From: the human T2T-CHM13v2.0 reference genome, Homo sapiens
Assembly: GCF_009914755.1 (NCBI RefSeq)
Contig: NC_060928.1
DNA length: 64,000 nt
Strand: one strand, 5' to 3'
The position numbers and the translations under genes are program-made. Numbering within the stretch: position 1 is the stretch's first letter; each line of letters begins with the position of its first letter. Positions 63,640 through 64,000 of this stretch are shown here, piece after piece. The notes under the pieces are model-generated. The model saw nothing but the letters and a program-made list of their open reading frames with translations. It did no database searches and was not told the origin of the DNA.

Positions 63640-63880
63640 AAAATTTTTATTTTTTAAATTGACAGTTAAAATTATATGAATTTATTTGGTACAACGTGAC
63701 ATTTTGAAGTATATATACATTGTGGAATGGTTAAATCTAGCTAATTAACAAATGCATTACCTCATATCATTTTTGTGGTGAGAACAATTAAGATCCACTC
63801 TATTTTTCAAGAATACAATATATCTTTATTAACTATAGTCACCACGCTATAAAATAGACCTCTTGTACTTATTTTTCCTA
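63640..63880 (-). mobile_element. L1MA-type 3' end
   Basis: gtatatatacattgtggaatggttaaatctagctaattaaca...ttaactatagtcacca. Confidence 0.8.
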
Positions 63881-64000
63881 AGGAGTGATTACAGTTTATT
63901 TATTTATTCCACTATTTCTAGATTGCCTCTAAAATCCTACTTCTACAAATAATGCTACACTGAAGATATTTAACCATGGTTCTAAAAGTTTTCTTATGCA

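Noticed and set aside
63605-63660. AT-only palindromic runs
   Set aside because: Low-complexity decay of an L1 poly(A) tail.

Overview
This is primate (human-like; AluY and LTR12C present) AT-rich, repeat-dense non-coding DNA. I found no host protein-coding exon and no functional RNA gene. The longer ORFs in the track are LINE-1, Alu or LTR remnants, or are best explained as chance. I cannot support a new biological system here. What the window does hold is a detailed record of retroelement insertions and repair events: a twin-primed (5'-inverted) L1PA; a TSD-bounded MER57-type provirus with a tRNA-Leu PBS that keeps only a decayed env (ISD, CX6CC, TM); a solo LTR12C with 7 CCAAT boxes; an old LTR16/ERVL provirus with nested LTRs; a 35-nt U2 snRNA retrocopy; a 138-bp tandem array; a 184-bp local duplication between two truncated elements; and several small template-switch scars and perfect hairpins. 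Repeat subfamily names come from recalled consensus sequences, not a search, and boundaries of old elements are approximate.
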